64,000 bases of DNA from Hydrolagus affinis (taxonomy: Eukaryota), in contig JAAILG010000763.1 in assembly GCA_012026655.1 (NCBI GenBank), forward strand, positions 1 through 64,000, read 5' to 3'. Within the stretch, counting starts at the first letter, position 1. Each line of letters starts with the position of its first letter. The notes beneath the pieces are model-generated. The model worked only from the letters and a program-made list of their open reading frames with translations. It was not told the DNA's origin and made no database searches. Made by a program: the position numbers and the translations under genes. Below are positions 12,812 through 24,530 of the stretch, piece by piece.

Positions 12812-13732
12812 ATGAAATATTCTGCAAAATTCTGTTCCATTAATGGAATGACTGATTTTGTTAGTCTTTTATGATTCTCAACAATTTTCTGCATTTTTCT
12901 CTGACACCTAGAAAACCATAAATATACTGCAAGTCATTGATACAGTACAGGTGTAGGCAAAACTGCTAACAGTACATTTCATTTTCATTTTTGTAAATAA
13001 AAAGTCATGATGAATATATTCCCAGTATCACATTATAATAATATTAAGCACTTTCTTCGACGAGGATTACTGTCCCAACAGAATAGCACCATGTAGAATA
13101 TAGTGGCAGTCTACAACTTTGACTCACTTGTGCAACTAATATTTTACAGTACAACTGTAATAGTACAAAGCCTACTTTGTAAAACTGAAAGAAAACAAGT
13201 ATGATGTAAAAATTAGCACCAACTAAAATAAACACTGAAAAAGTACATCTCTCATACCTTGTAGCTCACAAACTCTGCCATGTACAGGAATCTAACCTTT
13301 TCACTAATGGCTCTCAACTGGAGTTAACTTAGATGTTTTTAGTGGTTACGTTCAGGCACAGATCATGTTTTGATCTGTTTGTTGTCTTTAAAGACACTTT
13401 ATCAGGACTACAACATGACACAAGCGGCAACCTAATGACGTCACCTGCATCCGCTACAAAAGTATTATCTTTATAAATTGGTTTTAATTAAGGCAAAGGT
13501 GATTCATGTAAGTCAACAGGAATTCAGTCACACCAATATACAACAGTACAATAACTCCAAACATTAATGATATAGAACAGTAGGTTCCTAATTGTGTGCC
13601 CAGTGACAATTGTTAAAGCTGCATAATCTGCAACGTCTTATTGGACTAACTGAACAGTATCTGAAAAAACATAATTATTCACTTTTATTTCAGAGATAAA
13701 AGATGGTAAAATAGAAACTAAACAATGTTACT

Positions 13733-14110
13733 GGGGTACTCTGGTGGCACAATGAGTCTATCCAGAGACTAGCTGAGCCTTTCAGATTCAGGAAAGTCCC
13801 TGGTTTGATCCCTGGTCTATGGTGAGTTAGCTATCTCCTACAGGGCAGTGGTTGAGGTGCCAATGTTGGCTTCAGCACCCGGGCTAGAGGAGGGGGTGAG
13901 GGGAAGGGGGAATGTGCCTTTGTTCTAGCTCCTAATCAATATCAGCGATCCCTGCTGGAGGTATGTGTATGTGTGGACGGTGAGTAAGGGATAGTTTGGA
14001 TTCAGCTGCATTGGCCCTATTCTCAACTAGTCTGTAAACATACAAATGGCAAGATTAGTCATGATTAATGCCCACATGGGAAAAGTACTGGAGGGTTATT
14101 AACCCATGTG
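13733..14110 (+). mobile_element. AmnSINE2-like SINE inside the putative 3' UTR (antisense to the mRNA)
   Basis: caggaaagtccctggtttgatccctggtctatggtgagttagct...gatccctgctggagg; several homologous copies in the window. Confidence 0.7.
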
Positions 14111-14740
14111 CAGATTCACAAACAACAGGGACAGGGATGTTGCTAGATAAAAACACCTGGAATTCCCAAATGCCTAAAGTTGCTTTCTACGTGAACAGGA
14201 TAGACGTGATTAATTCAGGGGTGTTCCTTAAACCATAAAGCACCACGTTCAATTAAGCTCATTCATTTGGGCGCAATCACTCTGTTTGGACTAGGGACTC
14301 CCAGTTTCTGGTATTGGGATGTAATTCATAATAAGGGTCACAGAGTCAGTCTGATTTGATTCACCTTTTGAGTTGCTGCAAAACCCAACCCAGTGGGGAC
14401 AATTTTAACATGTATATTGTTCCCACCTTCGAAAATGTGTAGTGACAGTTGGGATAAACAGACAGAATGATTTGTAAAAGCTCTTTAAAGTAAGAAAAAT
14501 CCTCCAATAGATTAGAAATATTATGAACATCAATCTGCAATAAAACCAAAGGGAAAGATAAGATGGGGCAGGGATGGAATAAAGGATGACATAACTACAT
14601 GTAAAGGCTTAAATTGTTTTAAAAATAAAATCTAAAATTGTGTTTACTATTTGTCGTAACATGTTACGATTAACATTACAGTAATATCGTATCTATTACT
14701 CCAGTATTCATACTTTTGTTAGCATCATAGTGCATGATAT

Positions 14741-14846
14741 GTTTCGCCCATAAAACAGAGTCAATTTGCTTTACAGTATATTCTGTGAAGCGCTTTTAGA
14801 TGTCTGAAAGATGTGATAAGGCGGTATATCAAATGCAAGTATTATC
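14741..14846 (+). mobile_element. tRNA-SINE 3' fragment in the putative 3' UTR
   Basis: ttacagtatattctgtgaagcgcttttagatgtc...tatcaaatgcaag. Confidence 0.85.
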
Positions 14847-15973
14847 TTTATGAGCTAAAAAAGTATAGACCAGATATTCACGGAGATAGGACTTTCTATG
14901 GAGCTGCCAGCAGTCCAAGGGTTAATCGTTTGGTTAGTTGCTAGTACACCCTATAAAATTCCATTCTTCACTTTTGTAACAGACAGAACAATATTAAATA
15001 TGGGCTAAAGATATACCTTTATTTCTCTATGGTGGGGATATCCATAAATCCAATCCCCATTGATAGTCACCAAGTAGACAAAAGAGTAAAATCAGGCATC
15101 AGGTTGGAAGCACTGACAATCTGCTTCCTGGTAGATCAATTGTCTTAATCTCTTTGCAGTCATGGTAGTCCCTTTATCCCTGCGATAATGCAGTGGGAAC
15201 ATGGAACCTACCTGGCAGTGGTTTCTTACCAGTAACAAACTCAAGTAGTTTACTGCCAGCAGTAACATCACTCCTAGTTACCTCAGAGAGAAAATTATGT
15301 TTCTAAATATCATTTGCCTGTATTTTTCTAAAGGACTGTTATGATCATTTCATAGCACCAAAATGACGTAGCAGAAGACTGATTGCTACATGCTGTGCTG
15401 GAAGCACCATTAACCATAGTGAAAAGGTTAAACACAGCCATTCAAGTCTGCCTTTACATTGCTAAAACTGTAAATACCATTGTCACTAGGAATGAAAACG
15501 CAGGTGGCAAAACTCCGCATGAACCAAGTGGTTTGTTAGATACTCTAGATTCAGAGACTCAGAGAGGTTCTAGTGGAAACAAACAGTGGATTCGGCTTCT
15601 AAACATGTCATCCTTTGGAAAACATAATTCAAACCCATTGATTTAATTCCGCAAGAAATGCTATGGAGGACCATGAAAAGTTTCTTATATAAAAAGGAGC
15701 TGCTGTCACAATGGGTGGTGAAACGTCAGAATTTGAACTGGCTAAAATATTCATGAGAAGGCAAATGGTTGGGAAATTTCAGGTTAACAGTAGTTAATAT
15801 AACACAATCCAAACTGCACAGGTCTTTGCAAGGTGTGGTAACAATGCTATGGAACTGTAATATGTCCAATCACTGTTTACTTTCAGTTCGGAAACTGTCC
15901 GTCCCCCAAATCGGTGTCGGATGCTACTGAGAATGCTTCTCTTAAATAGACTAAGCCACAGTAGAACCTGTAA

Positions 15974-16125
15974 TTAACTGCTGAGGAGCAGTTTGTTTGC
16001 ATAGAAGTCCCTGCAGGTCTGGCAGCAGCGCTGGTACCATCGCATGTCCTGACACAGATTCTTCTCTCGTATCACCCTGCAATACACTGTCCACTGGTCT
16101 CCTGTGCACTTGTAAGTCAGGGCAG
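15974..16125 (-). CDS. ADAMTS17: ADAMTS17 last coding exon, PLAC domain ([50 protein letters not shown])
   Basis: atcaag|CT acceptor with a ttctaac branch-point-like motif about 35 nt upstream; TAA at 15974-15976; PLAC cysteine pattern ending CCxxC. Confidence 0.95.
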
Positions 16126-16563
16126 CTTGATGATTCCAACATGTAAGCAGAGAACAGAGTTAGAATTGGACTTGCTATGAATTATTTACTTAAGCATTAA
16201 TGTACAGAAAACCACCATTCAATAACATTTTCCTATACTTGAGCATCGCTTGAGTGGCTTTTGTTCCCCAAATTCCATCCACACGCCACGCTACCTTTAA
16301 TACCATGACTTTTAAACTGACATTAATCTCTTATGTGATACCTTACCAAAAATAGCATCCGCATCTATAATTAGTTAAACTCAGTCATTAAGTGAATCCG
16401 TGATTTTATTAATCTTCCGATGCTTATCTTTTTATTCACAACTTAAACATACTAAGTGCATAAAAGATACAAACAGAGAAACACACTGCCTGATCTGGGG
16501 CTATTGTCACACTAAACATCCCAATAATATGTAATACAGTATATGAACTGCGCCTACACTCAC

Positions 16564-16741
16564 CAAGCCTGGGCGATGTGATGGTGTTCACGTTTATCTT
16601 TTCATTACATGGCTCCTGGTGGCATTGTTTGTATGCTGCTGGCTTGGTTACTGACGGGCACTCTGTGCCATGGCGACCCGTGACTTTGTGCATACATTGA
16701 ACCACTCGTGACTGGAGGCCTCTCCCACACGTGGATGAGCA
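16564..16741 (-). CDS. ADAMTS17: ADAMTS17 exon, TSR5 ([28 protein letters not shown]...NTITSPRL), phase 0-1
   Basis: gtttag|TGC acceptor, TTG|gtgagt donor, 178 nt. Confidence 0.96.
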
Positions 16742-16809
16742 CTAAACGAGTCAAAGAACAATAATAGCTTGTGTTTATGTAACACCCATCACGTAATAGA
16801 ATAATAGAA

Positions 16810-17150
16810 CACCTTACAGTGATGATGGTCTCTGAGCAGGAAGCGAGGACATGGGGATGTGACCATAAGTGAGGTTGAAGGCGTAGGTTTTAAGACAAAA
16901 AGTGAAGATGGATATAAAGGAGCATTGAGTAGAAGGGAGCGAGTTCCAGAGATTATGGGTGTAGGTTTGGAAAATTCGATCATCAATGGTCAAACAAATG
17001 GTGCAGGATAGAGCTGGGGATAGAGGCCCAATACGGGAGTGGTGCAGGAGGAGTTGTGAGAGATAAGAAGGGCATAAAGTGAGCAGGAAGCAGGACTCTG
17101 TGCCACCAACAGAAATTCGGCTTCGAGGAAGGAAATGGCCAAGTTAACAT
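16810..17150 (-). mobile_element. Degenerate L2 3' fragment
   Basis: Similar to the other L2 copies (gagttccagagatt...ggtagg). Confidence 0.55.
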
Positions 17151-17859
17151 TGATTTTGTTAATGAAAAGAAAAACATGCAATTTAATAGTGTCCTATCAC
17201 ATTGAAGCATCTCATCTCAGAACAAATCACAAGTAATTACTATCGGGTACAGCAAATGTTTTGTAGGCAAATGAGGCAGTCATATGCAGTAGCAAGGCTC
17301 CATTAAGAGTAACGAGGTGAGTGATCAATGCATCGGAGGATTGTTGGCTTGGGCGCTGAGGTAAACTTTCTTCCCTGTTCAAATACTGTAGCGTTATAGG
17401 AATCTTCAACATTCACCTGAACCAAAATAATTCATTTTCACTCTTGAAACAATTCTGAGAAATGCTATTTCATTCTCTATATTGCTGTGTGCTAGTAATA
17501 GAAACAAGAGGCTGCCTGCCTTAGGTCTGTCGAGCCTGATTGTGTGTGGGAGCTGAGTTAACCACGATGAGCCTGGTCAATTCAGCAATTGTTTTATTTT
17601 CTAAAATGCGTAAATGTGTAATTAGCTGTTAATTCAGATCTGCCAAACTCACTGTGCCGATGTCACCAGCACTCGGGTTTTAAAAAACACAACAGACTGG
17701 TGAGAATAATTTAATAATCAAGTTCTTTATATCTACACTGCTGTTTTAATTGGGTCTCATAGGTACCATTCCTTTTTTTAAAAAAAATTGAAGCTTTTAA
17801 AAAAAACAATAAAAGCTTTAAAAATCTGGCCCAGAGTTAGGCTATATTATTTATCAGGA

Positions 17860-18265
17860 AGACACCATGGGGCTGTTTTGTAGGCAAATTAAGCAGCCAT
17901 ATGTGTCATGTCAGCAGTGGCTGGCACCAGCACTGAGAGATGTAAACTAACACACAGAGATTCAAACTAATACAATGTGCAGGGTTATGGGGAAAAGGCA
18001 AGTCAATTGGGCTGAATGGATTGGTCTTTCAAAGAAGAGCAAATTGCTCTTGTCTTTTTGAATTAGTGCCAATGGGATCTTTAACATCCACCTGAACAGG
18101 CAAATAGTGCCTCGGTTTAACATCTCATCTGACGGACGGCCCCTCTGACAATGCAATGCGCCTTCATCACTGCATTGAGGTGTCAACTGAGACTGTTAGC
18201 CCAGTTGTGGGCCTTTACATCAAAAACCTTCTGACTCATGGGCAAGAGTGGTCATCAATTGAGCC
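17860..18265 (-). mobile_element. Deu-domain SINE (SacSINE1/AmnSINE1-like)
   Basis: gtgccaatgggatctttaacatccacctga...cctcggtttaacatctcatctgacggacggc is the Deu core in reverse; a related fragment lies at 17165-17422. Confidence 0.8.
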
Positions 18266-19781
18266 TCAACTCTCATTTCCCAGCGCAAATATAGTATGAC
18301 GTTTTTTTTAAAAAAAGAAAACTATATTGTCTAACATAATTGAAACGCAAAAAACAGAACAGGTGATGGAGGTACTTGTCACATGGAGTTAATGGCTTTT
18401 CTTACATCAGTTGAGACTCCTAACTGTACTGCATTGCACTGTACAGCTTGTGATTGAAAAAGCAGTCACTTAAAATAAACGGACAGATGGCAATCAGCTG
18501 ATGTCAGAACATCTGGAGCTGAATAAATGATTGAGCAGCGCATTTCAGTTAGTTCTTTGTTTGCCCCACTTGATGTTTTTTTATGCTGTCTTTCTACTGC
18601 AAAAGCAACTTCAAAAGTGAAGTAGATCTGCAATACTCCAGGCTGCTGATTCTATGGAAATTGCTCTGTTTATACTGGAAGATGACTCACAGAACCGGCA
18701 GTAATAAACTACACAAAGCACATGTTCAGGCAATGACTGCATAGGCAAGACATCACTGGTCAGAAAGGAATGCTGGCATTGTATAATTGGAAGAACTCTT
18801 TATTGTCCTCTGTACCCTGCAGCGCTATAGTGACAGTAATCTCACTACATTTACCTTGTATTGAAGCAACCTCTCTTACCTGTACTTACAGCAGCCTTAT
18901 CTCCCTTACTCTCGACAACAACAAAATTACATCTACAGGAACTCTTTTTCTCTTACCCTCCCTTGACAGCAGACCTGCTTCTCTTACTTTGTAGCATTAG
19001 CATCAGTCCTGACACTTTGCTCCGCGAGACAGAGCTCACCTTGGGGTGGGGGAGGGGGGGCAGCATTTTAAAGATTCATTTTTGACAAGTGATCTTAGGA
19101 TTCACTTTCATTCCTGCGGCAGATTTTGTGTCAAAAATCAGTTTGAGTTTTGCTTTGGCTTCTCACCAGTTGCTTCAAAGCGATAATTTAATTGACGGAT
19201 TGGACAACTCTCTCTGAAATGATAGTCCGATGAAAGATACATTCACACTGCACCAGTCGGTATGCGTTACTCCAGCCGAGGTTATTGACCTTGACTTCAA
19301 TGCAGATCCCTGACTGTCCAGCAACTTGGAATCTCCTCCTGATGTGAAAAATGCTGTACAAACGTAATGCGTTGTTGACTAACTTGTCTCTTCTATAATT
19401 CTGAATGAATTTATGCATTTTGTTAAAAAAAATCACGCTGAGAAACAACAACAATAAAATTACATTTGTGTAGCACCTTTTCATGTGGGAGAGACAATTT
19501 CTCGCTAGAATTTTCAAAAGCCGGGACAGCCAAACTGAAATCCCACATTTGATTTAAATTGTAATAAAATTGATCCTTCCCCATAACCGAAAAGGATCAT
19601 AAAGCACTTCCGCATCACAAAATTCCCCGTTATCTTCCTTCCATGGCAGGAATAGGCCCTGCGATCAGTTGAAGGAGAAACCAGACTGAATAACATTGTT
19701 CCATTTGGTATATGCAGCGACACTGAATGGTAACTGGATGCTATCTGCATGTTGCCTAATGGAGAATTGTGCAGGATTAGT

Positions 19782-19987
19782 GGGACGAAATTTTCCAAAG
19801 GTGTAGATTTACTTTTATCTTCTGAACATTTTGAGCATCCAGAATTTGGCAAATCGTTACATCGAGTCTTACCTTTGAAACTGATTTTGTGCGGTTCCTA
19901 AAAGAGAATACAGGTTAAAAATTAGCTTTAAAAAGACGTCAGCAATTTAAGAATTTGCCAAATTCTCGACCCAGGTGGAATTTCTAC
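19782..19987. mobile_element. Palindromic MITE-like element, copy 1
   Basis: Homologous to the reverse complement of 23131-23357 (catccagaatttggcaa, tcttacctt, tttaagaatttgccaaattc). Confidence 0.65.
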
Positions 19988-22900
19988 TGAGCAGGTAATT
20001 CCCTTTTCAGTCAAATGGAAATTCCCATTCAGATGTGAAACTCTCAGTAGTTTGGTTTGGATACTTGACCACAGTGATGCGTTTCCGTTTACACAGCCAG
20101 CAGACCAAAATAGAACCTCAATTACATGTCATGCAGAAATCAGGAAACGTATAAACAAGAAAGCCAGTTCACCTAAAAGACAACTAGATCTATTCTTCAG
20201 ATAACCCCCACACAATCAGGCAACCCCACCCAGTTATTTTCTGCTCCATTGTTTTATTACTGGCACCAATTGCAGCAGATTTTTGAAAATCTGTTATCTT
20301 CTAAAAGGAAAATAAAGCTATAAAATGTTTCTCTGGAGCTCAGAGAAGTGGAAACTCAGCTGTTTTTTCTGTGTCTGATACACTGTGTGTGGTCTGAGCA
20401 CCAAAGATACCACACCTGTGACCCATTCACCAGAGGAAAACTATTTACTAATGGATTCAGAATGATTGCCCACACAGCAGGAAGCACATTACCATTCGAT
20501 GCCAGAGTCTAATAAAGTACTAAATCACCATGTAGGTGTAATTAGAATTAATGAACTACCATTTTACAGATACTGTGGGATATGGAATTTATTCCATAGA
20601 GCACCAGGACAAAGGTTTCCCCAGAGCAACAGAACTGAAGTAATTGGAACTATTCTTTAACATGACTTTTTCTGTGTATTTTTTAAAAAAATACACATGG
20701 TTGAAAGCAGGGTGTCCACCGTTTCCATTAGAGCTAGTTGCATTCATTGGGGGTATTTGAACAACACGTTTAAAGGCTGTCATGGTAAGGCTGTCATCTG
20801 CTCAGCCCACCCATATTGAAATCCTTTGTCTTTCCATCACAAGACTGCTGCTGTAGTTGAAATTATTCATCTTTTTAAAATTATATTTGGGATAGACTGT
20901 TGAATGTTGAAATTATATTAGACCCCAGTTGAGGAATATTACAATATTTTCTTTTGACTGTCTTTGTTTGCACCAGCCTAGCAATGTTTCTAGCCAGTAG
21001 GGTCTTTGTTTTCTATGTGATGTGTCTGTCAGCCCCATCAAGCGAAGACCCCCAAGGGGCCAATCATTAACTAATTGTTTTACTCCGTTTTTGTGTGTGT
21101 GTGGTTATGTGCAACATTTCCAAACTCTCATAAAAACGATGACTATTATTATACAGACCAAGACTTGAAAAGTAAAGCCAGATGCGAGTGTCTTTATAAT
21201 CTATTATTGTCATTCAGTAATGTTACTGGGTCAAACATCTTCCGACAGATGAAACTGATGTCTTGTACGTATTAGAATGCTTCTTGTATTATATTGTTAC
21301 TAACACCGACATACAAAACACATTTTAATTATTTTAACATTCCTACTAATTCAAGCAAAGAAAATTCATATTTTTTAATCACGTACAATTGAAATGTCCT
21401 ACAGTCCTAACAGTGGCAGAGAAAACTTTCTAATTCAAAGTCAGACAACACACTAGCATTCAATCTGATAATTCAATCTCAGAATTATTTCCTGGCTCAT
21501 TGACAGAGGAATTTTAGCAGGATCGATGTCATAAGAAAAAAACACCATGAGGTATTGTTTCAACAAAACGGCAATTCAGAACAAGAACAAACTGCATTAA
21601 AATGCAATTTGTGGCCAATGAATTATTTCGGTTCAGAACTTTGAAGTTATATGAATGAGTTTATAGGGGCTAAAGCTTTAATATTCGTACAATCATAATG
21701 CTTCAGGGAGGATTCCCTCATTAAATGCATCTTCAGAGAGGAGATGCTTAAGAGCTTCAGTGTCTATTCCGACAGGAAGTAAAAGATAATAAGCAAGTAC
21801 GAGTTTGAGAATGTGAACTGTGTTTTCCAAATTTTGTACGGCAATATTTAAAACAAATTGATAAAATGTTACTTAAAAGAAATGCCTTTGATGGGTGTTG
21901 TAGAATTCTCCAGCCATTGTGGGGTAGGAGAGGGGCTAATGTTTTGATTCAAATAGATTTTCAAATGTATATGGCATAAGGAATGGGATTGCAAGTTGTG
22001 TTGGAAATAGAGTATGTTCTTCAGATGACAACAACTATTTACTTCTTCCGAGTGAAGCTCATGTAATTAAATAGCATTGGCAATCAGTCAAACCCACTAT
22101 TTTATAAAACTATAGTATATGGTGCTCAAATGATTCCATCAGTTGACAAGGTTGATAATGGAAACTTGCTTGAAGAATATTTTGGTGAGATGGCAGTCAA
22201 GACCAGGAGTTTAATTTGTACGTGAGGAAATTTGTTTTATTTGTTAAATACTGTAGTTGTAAAGTACTACTGTATTAAAATGTGCCTAGTATATTTCTGA
22301 GATTACCATGTCACCAAAGTATTGCATGACTTCAAAGCTCTCCAATGTAAAAAAGATACGTTGTATTACATTGATGCCAAACATTAACATACTGGACTAT
22401 GAATGAATGCTGCACAATAGCAGTCTACTAAAAGCTAATTAAGAAAATACTTATAAAGCACCAAATGTGAGAATGCACTAAAGACCAGCATATGATTCTA
22501 CTTAACATAATGGAACCCAGGTTTAGCAAGATACATGAACCACCTTTTGATGAACATTCACACCCTTCTTACCTCTTACTCAAGTGCAATCATGAATCGC
22601 TTTACTTGTGATTAAAGACTCAACAATCTGGCATCTAATAACCCTCTGTTAGACCTTTCATCCCTGTTCACACAAGAAGCAATTTGTCCACAATAATACA
22701 CTGAAAAGTGCCTGCAGTCAATAAGCAATCATCCTGTCCTTCATAGCTAAAGCCCAAAGCTCTTTCCATTTAAAATAGGGCTTTTTTTTTTGTTTGCAAT
22801 AAGATGAGGTCAGCTGAATGCGTTCCAATAAATTGGTTTATCAATAGTAATATTTTAAACCTCTCTACAAACCCCTTGCATTATCCATATTTAAATATCA

Positions 22901-23130
22901 TCAGCCCGAATACCAAATCCATGCAGCTCCAATTATTCCCCCATTACTAGAATCATTGTTAATATAAAATCTATCCTGCTCCAATTATTCCCCATTGTTT
23001 GCCTCAGCCTGCAGTTTGACAATGATCAATAAATCTAGCCAGCTTTGTATCTGCCCTGACTTCAAAATCACCTGTGTGCAATAAACAAAAAAAATGACCA
23101 ACTCCTCAGGAACCAGACCTGACATCTTTG

Positions 23131-23357
23131 GGGAGAAATCCCAACTGGCTCTATTTATGTAGCATTTTAGAGCACAGGGAATTTGGCAAATTCTTAAACA
23201 CAGACTTATTTTCAAAGCCAGTTTTCTGTACTTCTCTTTGAGAACTACAACAAAAAAATCTTCAAATTTAAGGTAAGAGTTGAACAAGTTGCCAAATTCT
23301 GGATGTTCCGAAAAGTTGTAAATAGAACAAACCTAGAGCCAGCTGGGAATTTCTCCC
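23131..23357. mobile_element. Palindromic MITE-like element, copy 2
   Basis: Terminal inverted repeats gggagaaatcccaactggctcta / tagagccagctgggaatttctccc, plus internal inverted gaatttggcaa / ttgccaaattc. Confidence 0.75.
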
Positions 23358-23899
23358 AACTTATTGCATATAGAAAACCTATTTTCTTATTCATCAGTTC
23401 AAACCAGATTCTTCCTGTCCATTCCTATATGTTTTGATATTGTGGATCAATTTCCTGGGTGGCATGGTGTCAAAAGGCTTGTACAAGTCTATATAGTGTA
23501 TATAATATATAAAAAATTAAATTTCCACTGAGTTTCTCTAAGGTTAGCTATTTGGGAAAGTCCAGTAAATTTACCAGGCATAACCATACAGCTATGCAGA
23601 TTCCATTGTATTATTCCAATTTTCTCCAGCTGCTTGATAACTCCTACTTCTGGATACCTTCTACTGTCTTACAGATGTCACTGGTCTGCAGTTCTCAGCA
23701 TTTTCCATATTCACCCATTTTATCAAGTAGTGCCATATAACAACAACAACTTCGATTTATATTACATCCTCCACGCTACATGGCGTCTCAGAGCGCTTGG
23801 TCATATTGACCTTTGTCCAATGATCCAATGTTAGCCTGTCCCAATATTACCTTATTTCATCTTTAATCTTTATCTTCCTCAACTCTTTCTCTTGTAAGT

Positions 23900-24010
23900 C
23901 TAAGGTGACCACTCCAATGCAGCCTTGGAGGACAGCTGCAATGTCAGAGGTGCCGTCCTTCAGATGAGACGTCAAACCGAGTTCTGTATTCAGGTGGACG
24001 TTAAACATCA
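23900..24010 (+). mobile_element. Deu-domain SINE fragment
   Basis: gtcagaggtgccgtccttcagatgagacgtcaaaccgag...caggtggacgttaaa. Confidence 0.8.
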
Positions 24011-24294
24011 GAGGTTCTACATATTTTCCTCACCTGTTTTCTGTGAACGTAATTTTCATTGTGTTGCATATTCCCATAATCTTAAGCCTCATTTTCTATG
24101 GTAACTCTCTGACCAGTTTCTTACACTTACTTTAACGTACATCTGCCCTCTACTCTAGCTATAGATCTACATTTGAGGAAGACTTTCTCACACCACCACT
24201 TTACCCTCAGCCCCATACAATATCTTCCCTCTTCCAAGATGCTCTACTGCACTTCTCTCCCAGAGGTTTATAGATATATTTAAAAAAGGGTGGT

Positions 24295-24530
24295 GGGAGA
24301 AATTCTATCTAGGTCTATATTTATTTACCCTTTACTTATTATTTTAGAAAGTGCAGAATTTGGCATATTGTTGAATTCAGACTTAACTTTTAAACTCATT
24401 TTTCTGTCGCTTCTGAAGAATAAATTTCAAATTAAATTAAAAGTTACAGCTGCATTTTAGAATTCAAAAAATTCTGGACCCTCTAAAATCTTAAAGTAGA
24501 GAAACTCTAAACCTAAGTGGAATTTCTCTT
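24295..24530. mobile_element. Palindromic MITE-like element, copy 3
   Basis: gggagaaattctatctaggtcta ... taaacctaagtggaatttctct termini, internal cagaatttggca. Confidence 0.65.

Larger units (their letters stand above)
12790..15973 (-). other. ADAMTS17: Probable ADAMTS17 3' UTR (about 3.2 kb)
   Basis: Follows the stop; AT-rich with many TGTA elements over 12940-13290 on the minus strand, then AATAAA. The end point is inferred without transcript data. Confidence 0.5.

Noticed and set aside
15951-16142. ORF-track peptide [11 protein letters not shown]... over the last exon
   Set aside because: Wrong frame; the spliced phase-1 frame encodes the PLAC domain.
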